DNA of 64,000 nucleotides from Octopus sinensis. Lineage: Eukaryota. The stretch spans positions 24,366,001-24,430,000 of the forward strand of contig NC_043007.1 in NCBI RefSeq assembly GCF_006345805.1, given 5' to 3'. Shown in pieces: positions 40,952-53,428 of this stretch (its first letter is position 1; each line of letters begins with the position of its first letter). The notes beneath the pieces were generated by a model. The model did no database searches and was not told the origin of the DNA. It saw nothing but the letters and a program-made list of their open reading frames with translations. A program made the position numbers and the translations under genes.

Positions 40952-41310
40952 CTTTTGCCTTTTTGAAGCTTTTTTTGATCAATAATGTGTAAAAACTGAA
41001 ATTGGCTGACCTGTCTGAGATTGTTGGTTAAGTGTTAACAGAAACCAACTTTTTATAATAATAATAATAATAATATTAATAATAATACAGTTATAATAAT
41101 AATGTAGTTATTATTTTTAGTGGTGGTGGTGGTGGTAGTGGTGGTAGTGGTAGTAGTAGTAGTAGTAGCAGCAGCAGCAGCAATAGTAGTAGCAGTAGTA
41201 GTAGAGAAAGATGGCTTCTGTTAACACTTAACTAACACAGTCTGAGACAGGTCAGCTAATTTCAGCTTTTACATACTATTGATTGAATAAAGCTTTCGAA
41301 AGCCAAAAGA
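40952..41310. repeat. ~97-bp inverted repeat around a microsatellite loop
   Basis: 40952-41047 versus 41212-41310: about 84% identity by hand alignment. Confidence 0.88.
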
Positions 41311-41797
41311 AAATGAAAATAATAATAATAATAATACAAAAAAAATAAACGGTTATATGAATGAAAATCCAAAACAAAAGTATAAAAAAAAAACGAACAA
41401 AAATGCTCCCGCCATCATCGCCACCAAAAAGATAATGCAGGAACAAAAACTATTTGGATATTTATCAAAGTCGAATAAAAGAGCGGAGATTTGAAGACAG
41501 CAACCGAACAAAAGAACCATTGTTACTTCCTTTATGTACAACCATTAAAGCTACAAGCCAACGAGGGAAACCTCACTGTAGTTGCTTGATCTGTTAGAAA
41601 TAGCAGCTCTCATGAATCACATCCTGATGTGTCCTTAAAAAAAAAGGAAGGACACACTAGGTAATGTGGTCCAAGGTGGACTATGTCTAGAAGTGATGAA
41701 GATAGAATAACCATGGCTGGTATGTCTTTGATAATAGGTCTGAGGGTTGAATGCTAACTTTTTATTAGATATGGGCCAATGAAGGCAATCTCATCAT

Positions 41798-42068
41798 AGT
41801 GGAGGTACGTGGCCTAGTGGTTAGAGCAGCGGACTTGCGGTCGAGGGATCACGGGTTCGAATCTCAGACCGGGCGATGTGCTCCGGCAGAAGGTAATGGC
41901 GAACTTCTGCTGACTCTTTCGCCACAACTTTCTCTCACTCTTTCCTCCTGCATCTTGCAGCTCACCTGCAACGGACCGGCATCCCGTCTAGATGGAGAAC
42001 CTATACGCCAAGGAAACCGGGAAACCGGCCCTTATGAGCCAGGCATGGCTCAAGAAGGAACAAACAAA
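41798..42068 (+). mobile_element. SINE family A (tail 2), internally deleted
   Basis: Matches 40349-40646 with part of the post-tRNA segment missing. Confidence 0.8.
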
Positions 42069-43257
42069 ACTATCATCATCATCATCATCATCATCATCAC
42101 AACTGTCACCACCACCATCATATTTGTCAGAGCAAGTATATTAAAGCTTACAGTATTTATAGATCTATTTCAGCTGATCTTACTAACTGGTTTCACACTG
42201 AGTATTAGATAATTGGATATTAGACAACAGGGCGGATAAGTACCCACATGCTCTTCAGAGATGGTTGGTGTGGAAAATAGATACAGAAAGATTGACAAAC
42301 AAATACATACACATACAGGACAGGCTTCCACCCGGTTTTCATCTACCAAATTCTCTCACAAAGCATTGGTCAGCCTAGGGCTATAATAGAAGACACTTGC
42401 CCAAGGTGTCATGCAATGGAACTGAGCCTGAAGCCACTTGAAGTGAGCTTCTTATCATACAGCCATGCAGCATGGGCTTCAGTACAGTTTCCATCTACCA
42501 GAACGTCACTCACAAAGCATCAGTCAGCCTGAGGTTACAGTAGAAGGCAACTGCCCAGGGGGCCACGCTGTGGGATTGAACTGAAAACCTTGTGGTTTGT
42601 GAAACAAACTTTACAACCACACAGCCACAAATATTACAACTACTACTACTGTTACTACTACTAATACTAATGATAACAGCAATTATATTTTGTTATCTTT
42701 ATTGTTCCATTCCATGTTTTTGTTGCTGATAGAGCAGCTGTAATCAGCAGAAATTAACATGATTTATTTAAAAAGTAAACACCCCACAAAATGTGTGACA
42801 AATACGAAAACAATCATTGTCATCATCGCCATCACCATCAGCAGCAGCAGCAGCAGCAGCCATATCATCGTCGTCATCAGTAGTAACAGTAATCTTGTGT
42901 GACTCTGAAACCTTATACTGGCTTTGTTCTTATATAATTTCCACCACCCACTGTAAAAAAAAAAATTGAAATTTCTTATCAGGAGATACTGAAGAAACCA
43001 AAGTGTGTGTGTTACTGCCACCCCCACCATCATCATTGATTTATGCATTTAAAACATAGACAAGGCTGTCTGGTAAAGAACTTAGCTTCAAAATATTACA
43101 GCTCTTGTTCGAAACAATTGTGCAGCATCTTCAGTGTTTTCCACCTTTGCCTCTACTAGGTCATGTGACTGGAATTTGCTAGAGAGAAACTGGATACATA
43201 CATACATACATACATATATGTATATAAATATACATACATACATACATACATACATAC

Positions 43258-43565
43258 AGTGGAGGCGCAATGGCCCAGTGGTTAGGGCAGTGGACTTGCA
43301 GTCGCTGGAACTTAGTTTCGATCCCCATTCCAGGCGTTGAGTGTTTATTGGGCGAAAACACCTGAATCTCCAAGGGTTTCGGTAGGGGATGGTGGAGATC
43401 CCTGCTGTACTCTTTCGCCACAACTTTCTCTCACTCTTTCTTCTGTTGACCTGCTCACTTAGCCAGCGGGGTGGCATCATTTGAAGGCTAAAACAATGCG
43501 AAGTGCATTGTGACCAGCGATGTGTAGCAACATATGATAGCCTGGTCGGTCACGGTGATCACAGT
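43258..43565 (+). mobile_element. SINE family A with third tail type
   Basis: Same head and core. The tail also occurs as a minus-strand fragment near 10945-11045. Confidence 0.8.
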
Positions 43566-44446
43566 GACATACATACACACATACACACACACACACACAC
43601 AAAAAAACACACATACACACATATATTTCACATATTCATGTATTCACATACATTAATACACACATCTATACATCTGTAAAAACAGTAACATGCATTTGTA
43701 TAAATACACACAGAGAGATAGTTATAAATAATACACAAACATATACACACAATCGGTACAGTTCTATACAATACTTCCAGTCAGTCACATGAGAATAAAA
43801 TATCTATATATTTACAAAAAAAAAAAAAAAAATTATTGTATTTATTCAGAAAACTTGATATTTTGTATTTGAAATACAAAATAATATTTTCAAATGCTGA
43901 CAGAAACATTGTTATTTTTTATTGGTTATTTTCTGTATTCTGTGTTATTTTTCAAAAAAAAAAAAAAAAAATTTCTAACCGGGAATGTTCTAGAAAACAG
44001 ATTTGTGGTAGACCATCACTGTTTTGATTACATAACTCTAAATAATTCAATTTTATCTGTACAAAAGTTTGACATGTCATGCTTATCTTTATTCTCTGTC
44101 ATTCATCATCGCCTAATTGTATGCTTGTTTGTACAATTACTTACTGCAGACAGGACAAATAAAACATTCACTCATCCATCCATCCATCCAGCTGTCCATC
44201 CATCCACAAATCATGTATCTGTCAGCCTGTCCATCCACAAATATATCTATCTGTCTGCCTGCCTTTCTATCTGTCTATCTATCTGCCTTTCTTTCTATCT
44301 ATCTATTTATCTGCCTTTCTTTCTTTCTATCTATCTATCTGCTTTTCTATCTTTCAATTTATCTATCTATCTGTCTGTCTGTCTGCCTATCTGCCTACCT
44401 ACCTACCTGTCTGCCTGCCTGCCAGCCTACCTACATACATATCTAC

Positions 44447-44484
<38 letters not shown>

Positions 44485-44530
44485 GCCTATATATCTATCT
44501 ATCTATCTGCCTATCTATCTATCTATCTGC

Positions 44531-44592
<62 letters not shown>

Positions 44593-44890
44593 GCCTATCT
44601 GCCTGCCTATCTGCCTGCCTACCTCCTACCTACCTACCTATCTGATTTGGCATGATTTCTACAGCTGGATGCCCTTCCTAACACCAACCACTTTACAGAG
44701 TGTGCTGGGTACTTTTATGTGACACTACACAGGCACTTTTATGTGGTGCCACATGGGAACTTTTACATGGCACCACACAGACAAACATACATACATATAT
44801 GCCAAAGATGTTAACAACAAGAGCAACTCTTTTATAAATTCTCTTGATCCAAAGTAGTTCTGTGATAGGGTTGATGTTTGTTCTTGCACA

Positions 44891-45298
44891 TAGGCATAGG
44901 AGTGGCTGTGTGGTAAGTAGCTTGTTTACCAACCACATGGTTCCGGGTTCAGTCCCACTTCACGGCACCTTGGGCAAGTGTCTTCTACTTTAGCCTTGGT
45001 CGATCAAAGCCTTGGGTCGATCAAAGCCTTGTGAGTGGATTTGGTGGATGGAAACTGAAAGAAGCCCATCTATATGTGTGTGTATATGTTTGTGTGTCTG
45101 TTTGTGTCTCCCCAACATTGCTTGACAACCGATGCTGGTGTGTTTACATCGCCGTAACTTAGCGGTTCAGCAAAAGAGACCGATAGAATAAGTACTAGGC
45201 TTACAAAGAATAAGTTCTGGGGTCGATTTGCTTGACTAAAGGCGGTGCTCCAGCATGGCCTCAGTTAAATGACTGAAACAAGTAAAAGAGTAAAGAGT
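44891..45298 (+). mobile_element. SINE family B
   Basis: Full-length match with a small internal tandem duplication (ccttggtcgatcaaag twice). Confidence 0.88.
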
Positions 45299-45754
45299 AT
45301 ACCCTGAGCAATTCTACATGACAATTGGGTAAGGAGTAAAGACCCCTTGAATGACCATAAGATTGCACCAAGAAAGTTCCCCTTGAAGGCAGATGTCCAG
45401 GTAAGGTTGTTTATGGAAGACCAGCAGTCACCCATGCATACCAGCCTCTCCTCTCCACACCACCGATGTTATCCAAGAGAAAGGCAAAAGCTGATACAGC
45501 TTGGCACCAGTGATGTCGCAACTCCTTTCTACAGCTGAGTAAACAGGAGCAATGCGAAATAAAGTGTCTTGCTCAAGAACACAACCCACAGCTTTATTTG
45601 AGAATTGAACTCACCTTGTGATTGTGAGCCTTTCACTCTAAGCACTGAGCTATGCCCCTTCACACAAGGCAAACACACGGGTACCAAAGAGAATACAAAA
45701 ATACTCAAGAACTCTCTCTTTACCCCCTCCTCCCATCACAGATATTTCTACAAT

Positions 45755-46150
45755 CACTCTTTTACTTGTTTCAGTCATTTGACTGCGGCCATGCTGGAGC
45801 ACCGCCTTTAGACGAGCAAATCGACCCCGGGACTTATTCTTTGTAAGCCCAGTACTTATTCTATCGGTCACTTTTTGCTGAACTGCTAAGTGACGGGGAC
45901 GTAAACACACCAGCATCGGTTGTCAAGCAATGCTAGGGGGACAAACACAGACAGACAAACACACATACATATATATATATATATACATATATACGACAGG
46001 CTTCTTTCAGTTTCCGTCTACCAAATCCACTCACAAGGCATTGGTCGGCCCGGGGCTATAGCAGAAGACACTTGCCCAAGATGCCACGCAGTGGGACTGA
46101 ACCCGGAACCATGTGGTTGGGTAGCAAGCTACTTACTACACAGCCACTTC
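45755..46150 (-). mobile_element. SINE family B (subfamily)
   Basis: Full-length match with diagnostic variants. Confidence 0.88.
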
Positions 46151-46559
46151 TGTGCCACGTGAATAATATTTAAATTTATTAAGTTTTTTTTTTAAAAAAC
46201 ACAGAAGTAAAAGTTGAAAACTTATCTGATTTGGATTTTGGCAAAAATATAAATAAATAAAATAAAATAAAAATTTCTTCTGGAATTTTCTATCCTTTCT
46301 TTCTTTTGTTTCATAGATATGGATTTTTTAAAAACTTTTGTTTTGATTTCTTTAACAGTGACATACACTTTAAAAAGAAGTAAAACAATAATTTTATCTT
46401 GAAATTTCAGGAACAACACACATCAGTAAATTTTATTCAACTCATACCAGCATGGAAAAGCAGATGTAAAAAAAACAACAGTGGTATACATACACACAAA
46501 CCGATGTATGTATATGTGTATACACATATGCATACATAATACATATGTATATCTATATA

Positions 46560-46955
46560 CATACACACACATGTATGTATATGTATATATATGTGCACAC
46601 ACACACACACATATATATATATACATACACACATACATATATGCATGCACACACACACACACACATATATGTATATATATATGTGCACACACACACACAC
46701 CACACATATATATATATATACATACACACATACATATATGCATGCACACACAAACACACATATATATGTATATATATATGTGCACACACACACACATATA
46801 TATATACATGCACACATACATATATGCATGCACACACACACACACATATATGTATATATATATATGTGCACACACACACACACACACATATATATACATA
46901 CACACATACATATATGCATGCACACACAAACACACATATATGTATATATATATGT

Positions 46956-46998
<43 letters not shown>

Positions 46999-47053
46999 CA
47001 TACACACATACATATATGCATGCACACACAAACACACATATATGTGTATATAT

Positions 47054-47088
<35 letters not shown>

Positions 47089-47144
47089 CATACATACATA
47101 TATGCATGCACACACGCACACACATATATATGTATATATATATG

Positions 47145-47180
<36 letters not shown>

Positions 47181-47235
47181 CATACACGCATACATATATG
47201 CATGCACACATGCACACACACACACACACACATTA
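46560..47235. repeat. Microsatellite-derived higher-order repeat (~90-bp period)
   Basis: Alternating anchors tatgtgcacac and tatgcatgcacac recur 6-7 times, separated by (CA)n/(TA)n tracts of variable length. Confidence 0.8.
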
Positions 47236-47366
47236 ATTTATACAAAATAAGGATTCATTTATTCATGGAGAGAAAATCTGTGGATTACTTTTGATACTTT
47301 GGTTGCAATGAAACTTTAAATAACATTATCATGGTTGAGTTCAAATACTGTATTATAATATACACA

Positions 47367-47745
47367 AGTGGAGGCGCAATGGCCCAGTGGTTAGGGCAGC
47401 GGACTCGCGGTCGTAGGATCGCGGTTTCGATTCCCGGGCCGGGCGTTGTGAGTGTTTATTGAGCGAAAACACCTAAAGCTCCATGAGGCTCCGGCAGGGG
47501 ATGGTGGTGATCCCTGCTGTACTCTTTCACCACAACTTTCTTTCACTCTTACTTCCTGTTTCTGTTGTACCTGTATTTCAAAGGGCCGGCCTTGTCACTC
47601 TCTGTGTCACGCTGAATATCCCCGAGTTAAGGGTACACGTGTCTGTGGAGTGCTCAGCCACTTACATGTTAATTTTACGAGCAGGCTGTTCCGTTGATCG
47701 GATCAACCGGAACCCTCGTCGTTGTAATCGACGGAGTGCTTCCAC
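47367..47745 (+). mobile_element. SINE family A (tail 1)
   Basis: TSD ataatataca(c/t)a, overlapping the left end of the Tc1 element. Confidence 0.9.
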
Positions 47746-47753
47746 ATAATATA

Positions 47754-48331
47754 CATAGACATGCAGGAAGTAAATAGACACCTTTAATTTTCAAAATTTC
47801 TGATCTAAGCAGTCTTAATATGTTTTCAGTAGTGGAGAATTTACAATGTAATTATTCGTTTTCATTCCAGGTGCCATTACATTAAACATTTGCAAAGAGT
47901 ATCCATGCCATGCGCAAAAAATTCAGCAGAACCGTCAGTTTCAAAGAGGTTGTATTGTTGGGCAATCTGAGTCTGGTCTTAGCCAGCGAAATATTGCCAA
48001 AAATCTTCAAATTCCTTTTGCTACTGTTAATAGAATTATACTGCAATTCAAAAGCCAAGGAAAAAAAATCAACAGATTCTTGTCCCGGTTGACCTGGGCC
48101 CTCGAAAAGGAAGCTTTGCTGCTTGAAGAGAATTGTGGAAAACAAACCCCATTCGAAGGCTTCTGACATTGCAAAACAGCTAGAAGTCAGTTCAAGAACG
48201 TGTGTTACATATCTGCATAAGCTTGGGTATTATGGAAGAGCCGCTAGAAGAAAACCTCTCCTCCAACCAATTATTATCAAATAAAAGATTTTGAAAATTA
48301 AAGGTGTCTATTTACTTCCTGCATGCCTGTG
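47754..48331 (+). mobile_element. Internally deleted Tc1-like transposon
   Basis: About 45-bp TIRs (CATAGACATGCAGGAAGTAAATAGACACCTTTAATTTTCAAAAT and its reverse complement), TA flanks, and N-terminal HTH FQRGCIVGQSESGLSQRNIAKNLQIP..GRAARRKPLL. DDE domain absent. Confidence 0.9.
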
Positions 48332-48434
48332 TATATATCGCTTTCTAACAGTTGATCTTGAAGTAGATAAAGCTATACATAATAGCATGTAGAATATTGG
48401 GTTAAAAGAACAACCAATGAATGGAAAAAGCCAA

Positions 48435-48506
48435 AGCTACTCATAGGATTTGAACCCATATCTTCTGTAAACATGACAGATGTTCAACCATTTTACCAAA
48501 GCAACC
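48435..48506 (-). tRNA. Decayed tRNA-like cloverleaf (pseudogene or orphan SINE head), identity uncertain
   Basis: 72 nt. Wobble-rich 7-bp acceptor stem, A box TGGTAAAATGG, stem TCTGT/ACAGA with 7-nt loop, B box GGTTCAAATCC. Confidence 0.45.
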
Positions 48507-49343
48507 CTTTGAATGCAAATAAGAATAAAAGGATCTGTGTATGGATATTCCATTGCCATAGGATCTTATAAAATGCAAAACAGATCGAGAACTAAAACAA
48601 TAACGAAACATCTACACTGTTGGATTTAAGTGACTAAAGTGTTTGTACAGCACTTTTGCCATTCTCTCGGTTGCTATAGTAGGTTCCAGTGACAAGCATT
48701 ACAAGATGACCGGTACTAACATTTTGACTGCAAGTTTTATGCCTGAGTAGCTTTCTCTCAGAAGAGCTGCCTTCCCCATGGCTTTGTCAAAAAATAATGA
48801 GAACCTCCTCAACCTCAGGGAAATCTTAATTCATACGTGGGACCCTGGCAGATACTATTGTCCTAGGTTGGAATGGACCAGAACTCCTAAACTGGAGCCT
48901 CACTACCAGATGTAGTTTAATGCTATATACATAGAGATATATATGCATAAATACACATATATAGAGGATGGCTTTTCATTTAATTATATATTCAGTTTAT
49001 AACTATATTCCAGTAGTAATTTTTGCAAAGTTTCTTTCATATTTTTGTATGAGTCCCTTATTGTTTGTCTGATTTGGATCAATAATGATTTTTAAATCCA
49101 CCATCGTCAATTATTTCTAGACTTTCACAGTCACATTATCAGGATGTAAGATATTACTTGGTGTGTGTAGCTGCTTCTTTTAATGATGTGGAAGTGGGAG
49201 ATAGTGAGAGAGAGAGAGAGAGAGACAGACAGAGAGAGAGAGAAAGAGAGAGATAAGAAGAGAAAGATAGGAATAGTGAAGAGGGATAGAATGATAGTCA
49301 ACAAGACAGAGGGGCAGGGTGAGGTTGACAATGAAGCAACAGA

Positions 49344-49377
<34 letters not shown>

Positions 49378-49405
49378 ATATATATATGTATAAATATGTA
49401 TATAT

Positions 49406-49454
<49 letters not shown>

Positions 49455-49521
49455 GAGAGAGAGAGAGAGAGGAGAAATGAGTGATAGTGAGAGAAGAGAA
49501 AGAAGAGAGTGAGGGTCTGTG

Positions 49522-49567
<46 letters not shown>

Positions 49568-50111
49568 AAAGAGAGAGTGAATCAGTTGTATTTTTAGCCA
49601 ACTCTTGAAGATCTGATAAATTTGATAATCATCCAAACATCATTTAAAAAGAAGGAAAAGAAACACAGGAGCTTAGATGATCGACAAAATAATTTCTTAA
49701 AATTTCTTTCATAAATTTTTAAATTTCAGCCATTATTTCAGTGAGTTTTACATTTATATTTGATTTGATTTCCTTAACAATTTAAAACTTGGTATAAAAA
49801 CAGCTTTAACTCTTCATATAATAATATAGATATTACTATGATGGATACTTAAATTGTGATTTTTCCAACTATTTTAACATATATAGTTTGGTCAGGAGGA
49901 AGGAGGGGTTATGTCATTGACCTTCACAAGCCCTCCTAGAGAGCAGGATATATACATATACAAATATACATAGACACACACACACACACATATATACATT
50001 ATATATATATATACTGGAGTAAGCACATAAATGTGAAATAAGGTGGAAAAAAGAGTACTCAAATACCAGAGGTAGAGTAATATGCTTTATTTAAAAGCAG
50101 TAGAAATATAA

Positions 50112-50160
50112 CAAAAGCTGTTACTCAGAGTTTCACGTTCCCGTTCATCAGACAGTTTTG
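50112..50160 (-). ncRNA. Minimal type-I hammerhead ribozyme, canonical core
   Basis: CAAAA-CTGT CTGATGA ACG-GGAA-CGT GAAA CTC-T-GAG T A ACAG-C-TTTTG. Helix I, CUGAUGA, helix II with GNRA loop, GAAA, near-palindromic helix III and GUA cleavage triplet. Lies in a (TA)n-flanked PLE-LTR-like fragment at about 50013-50165. Confidence 0.8.
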
Positions 50161-50185
50161 TTAATATATACATACATATATACAT

Positions 50186-50678
50186 GTGTCCGTTGCCAGC
50201 TTCGCCTGGCCCCCGTGCCGGTGACACGTAAAAGCACCATCCGTTTCGTGGCCGTTTGCCAGCTCTGTCTGGCCCCGTGTTGGTGGCACGTAAAAGCACC
50301 ATCCGTTCGTGTCCGTTGCCAGCCTCGCCTGGCCCCCGTGCCAGTGACACGTAAAAGCACCATCCGTTTCGTGGCCGTTTGCCAGCTCTGTCTGGCCCCT
50401 GTGTTGGTGGCACGTAAAAGCACCATCCGTTCGTGTCCGTTGCCAGCCTCGCCTGGCCCCGTGCCGGTGACACGTAAAAGCACCATCCGTTCGTGGCCGT
50501 TTGCCAGCTCTGTCTGGCACCTGTGCGGGTGGCACGTAAAAAGCACCCACTACACTCATGGAGTGGTTGGCGTTAGGAAGGGCCTGATGAAGCCTTCCAG
50601 CTTCACAGATCCCAGTTGAACCGTCCAACCCATGCTAGCATAAAGAACGGATGCTAAATGATGATGATGATGATGATG

Positions 50679-50680
<2 letters not shown>
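50186..50680 (+). mobile_element. RTE 3' UTR copy with six ~61-bp tandem units in (A-B)3 order
   Basis: Units start at 50186, 50248, 50309, 50371, 50433 and 50494. (GAT)n tail, flanked by (TA)n. Other UTR copies at 13878-14128(+), 23240-23552(+), 27340-27460(-), 36680-37000(-), 44640-44790(-), 58695-59012(-), 60762-60935(+) and 60945-61190(+). Confidence 0.8.
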
Positions 50681-50714
<34 letters not shown>

Positions 50715-52699
50715 ATATGTATATATATATATATGTGTGTGTGTGTATATATATATATGCATATGTATGCATGTGTTTATGCAAACGGATGTAAAACAGT
50801 GTATCTGGTCTTCTTTAATATATCTATTAAAGAACAGTAAGTTGAGAGCCACAGAAAAAAATATGAGCAAGGAGAGAATTCCAGATGGATAACATTATGG
50901 GGAGAATGGACTGGATAAAGAGGTGTGATGAACATGCTAAACTATTATTTGTTCTTGTTCCATAATGAAGTTTCACAAGAAAGTATTTACCTGAGTAAGA
51001 GCTTACAGGTGCAGGCATGGCTGAGCTATCTGATATGTCCTTCGTTTGAGAAATTTAGTTGTTATTTCTAGCAGGCTGAGTGACCACATATAAAAATGGT
51101 TCCCCAACCTTTTCACTGCCAAGGACTCCTTTTATTTAAATGTGCTAAGAAGCATGCTTCCCAACCACATGGTTCCAGGTTCAGTCCCACTGCATGGCAC
51201 CTTGGACAAGTGTCTTCTACTAGAGCCTCAAGCCAACCAAAGCCTTGTGAGAGGGTTTGGTAGATGTTAACAGAAAGAAACCCATTGTATATATATATGT
51301 ATATATCTATGTGTGTGTGTGTCTGTTTGTCCACCCCCACATCACTGCTTGACAACTGTTGTTGGTGTGTTTACATAACCTAGCAGTTCAGCAAAAGAAA
51401 CTGATAAAACAAGTACTAGGCCTTAAAACAAGTCCTGGGGTCGATTTATTCAACAAAAACCTCTCAAGGCAGTGCTCCAGCATGGGCACAGTCAAATGAC
51501 TGAAACCAGTAAAATAATGAAAGAAAACAAAATAGACTTCAGGCTTTTGAAAGGTCTATCAACTCAACAAATATGCAACTCATTTCCTAGATTCTCAGTG
51601 CAACCCACGTGAAATCCTCAAAGATCTGTAGACCCTAGACGTTAGGAACAACAGAGATAAAGATTACTTTGTTGGCCCATAAATGACACATTCTGCTAAG
51701 CCATTTAGGTCAATGACACAGCAGCTTTTTATGTGAATAGTTTCACAAGAAGTGACAAAGAAGACTCTCAAGTCAAAGCTGTCTTAGGTTCCCACCAAAC
51801 TGAAATGTTTGACTCTTTGCTGTTTATTTCAGTTCTGTAGTCTGTATTCCTCCTATGCCAACAGGCAAGTCTGTTGATAACAGGCAGACCAAAGCTCTGA
51901 AGATGTCTTTCATCACAGCTTTGTTGAACTATGCCTGGCCTGAAGCTAAACAGCAACAGAATATGGAAAATAGGGGGAAATAGAGGATAGAATTCATCCA
52001 TAACATGAATCATCATCACCACCACCACCACCACCACCACCACCACAACCTCCACCACCACCACCATCACTACCATCACCAATACCACCACCATCATTGT
52101 TATTGTCACCACCACTCCTATCATCATCATTTAATGTACACTTTTCCATGCTTGTATGAATAAGGCAGAATATGCTCAGGCAGATTGTCCATGGTTGGAT
52201 GCACTCCCTGTCACCTATCCTCACCTGTTCCCAAGCAAGGTAATATTTCCTCATGGACAGACATCATACATGCTTTTCACAAAAGATTGGAAACAAACAA
52301 CCTCACTTCTATGATGATGACGCTCATTTACAACCATGATGTGATATCGAGTTGAGGGCACACACAGACACTCACACAGACTTTATATATCATTTAATGT
52401 ACTCAGTATAAAGATATGAGCTACTAATAGTTTCTTACTTGGAGACACAAGTCTAGGCAAGTTTTTATAACATGCCTTGTGTCTTCAAGCAATCTTAGGG
52501 TCTGAATACATGGTTTATTCAATTTGCAAATCAGATAGCTGGTACAAGAGAAATCACAGGAAAAAATTGAGAAGAAGGTAGATGTAAAAAGTAGAAGGGT
52601 GAATAAAACAGAAAAAGAAAAGAAAATTAGAGTTATGTCCCATTTGAGCATAAAGCCATAATTAAGCTAGTAGAGAGGGTTCTAAAGTCTGTGAGAAAG

Positions 52700-53115
52700 C
52701 TGCTGAATCAGGTATCCTCCAGTTCGCCAAAAGAAATTTGTCCATATGTTTGCATTTGCCAAAAATTTCAGATCTGGAATTCTTCTTAGATCTAAAAAGT
52801 ATATGTGATCTTTCAGCTATACATAAGTTTCATTTCTTAGATCCATTAACATATAGCATGGATTTCTCTACACTTCTCCAGGTCGTTTTCAGTTGGTCTT
52901 CAAACTCCATATGTGGCTAGCCAACTTAGTGGCCTTACTTTTGTTCATGTGTTAGAAAGAAAACAGGCGGTTTGCATAACAGTTTTTGAAATCACCTTCG
53001 CATAACCCAGTGTAATTTTTCTTTTAGGTGAGGTTATTTTGAAGTGTCGCTGTTACTTCTGCTTCATATACAATGAAGTTTATCATACATGCCTGGTCAA
53101 GTGGGCACGCTTCAG
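52700..53115 (-). pseudogene. Penelope-like element GIY-YIG endonuclease fragment
   Basis: CPLDQACMINFIVYEAEVT..NYTGLCEGDFKNCYAN..KATKLASHIWSLK..KNSRSEIFGKCKHMDKFLLAN, with stops and frameshifts. Typical PLE C-terminus. Confidence 0.8.
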
Positions 53116-53428
53116 GGTCTCAGAAATTATAATTGTATATATGTATTTATGTGTGTGCGTGTGTGTGATGGCAAAAGAGACTGATAGAATAACTAAGTAC
53201 TAGGCTTAAGAATGTAAGTACTGGAGTCAGTTTGTTCAACTAAAATATTTCAAGGTGGTGCCCCAGCATGGCCACAGTCTAATGACTGAAACAAGTTAAA
53301 GATAAAAATGGGGAATACAAATCTACAGCCATAAATTTTAACATCCTGACAATTTCTTGCTGCATTACAAATTGTAAATAATTAACAGAAATAGTTTGCC
53401 TCCAATATATTTTTACAGCTAAATCTAT

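Noticed and set aside
17700-46250. Weak long-range inverted similarity between 17700-17790 and 46190-46250
   Set aside because: Short and very AT-rich, compatible with chance.
50186-50550. CRISPR-like or pistol-ribozyme reading of the ~61-bp tandem units
   Set aside because: No unique spacers or cas genes in a eukaryotic context, and the pistol P2/P3 elements are absent.
52425-52500. Possible hammerhead downstream of the PLE GIY-YIG fragment (TTGAAGA...GAAACTATTAGTA, minus)
   Set aside because: 11 unpaired nt between helix II and GAAA, and only 2 bp of helix I.
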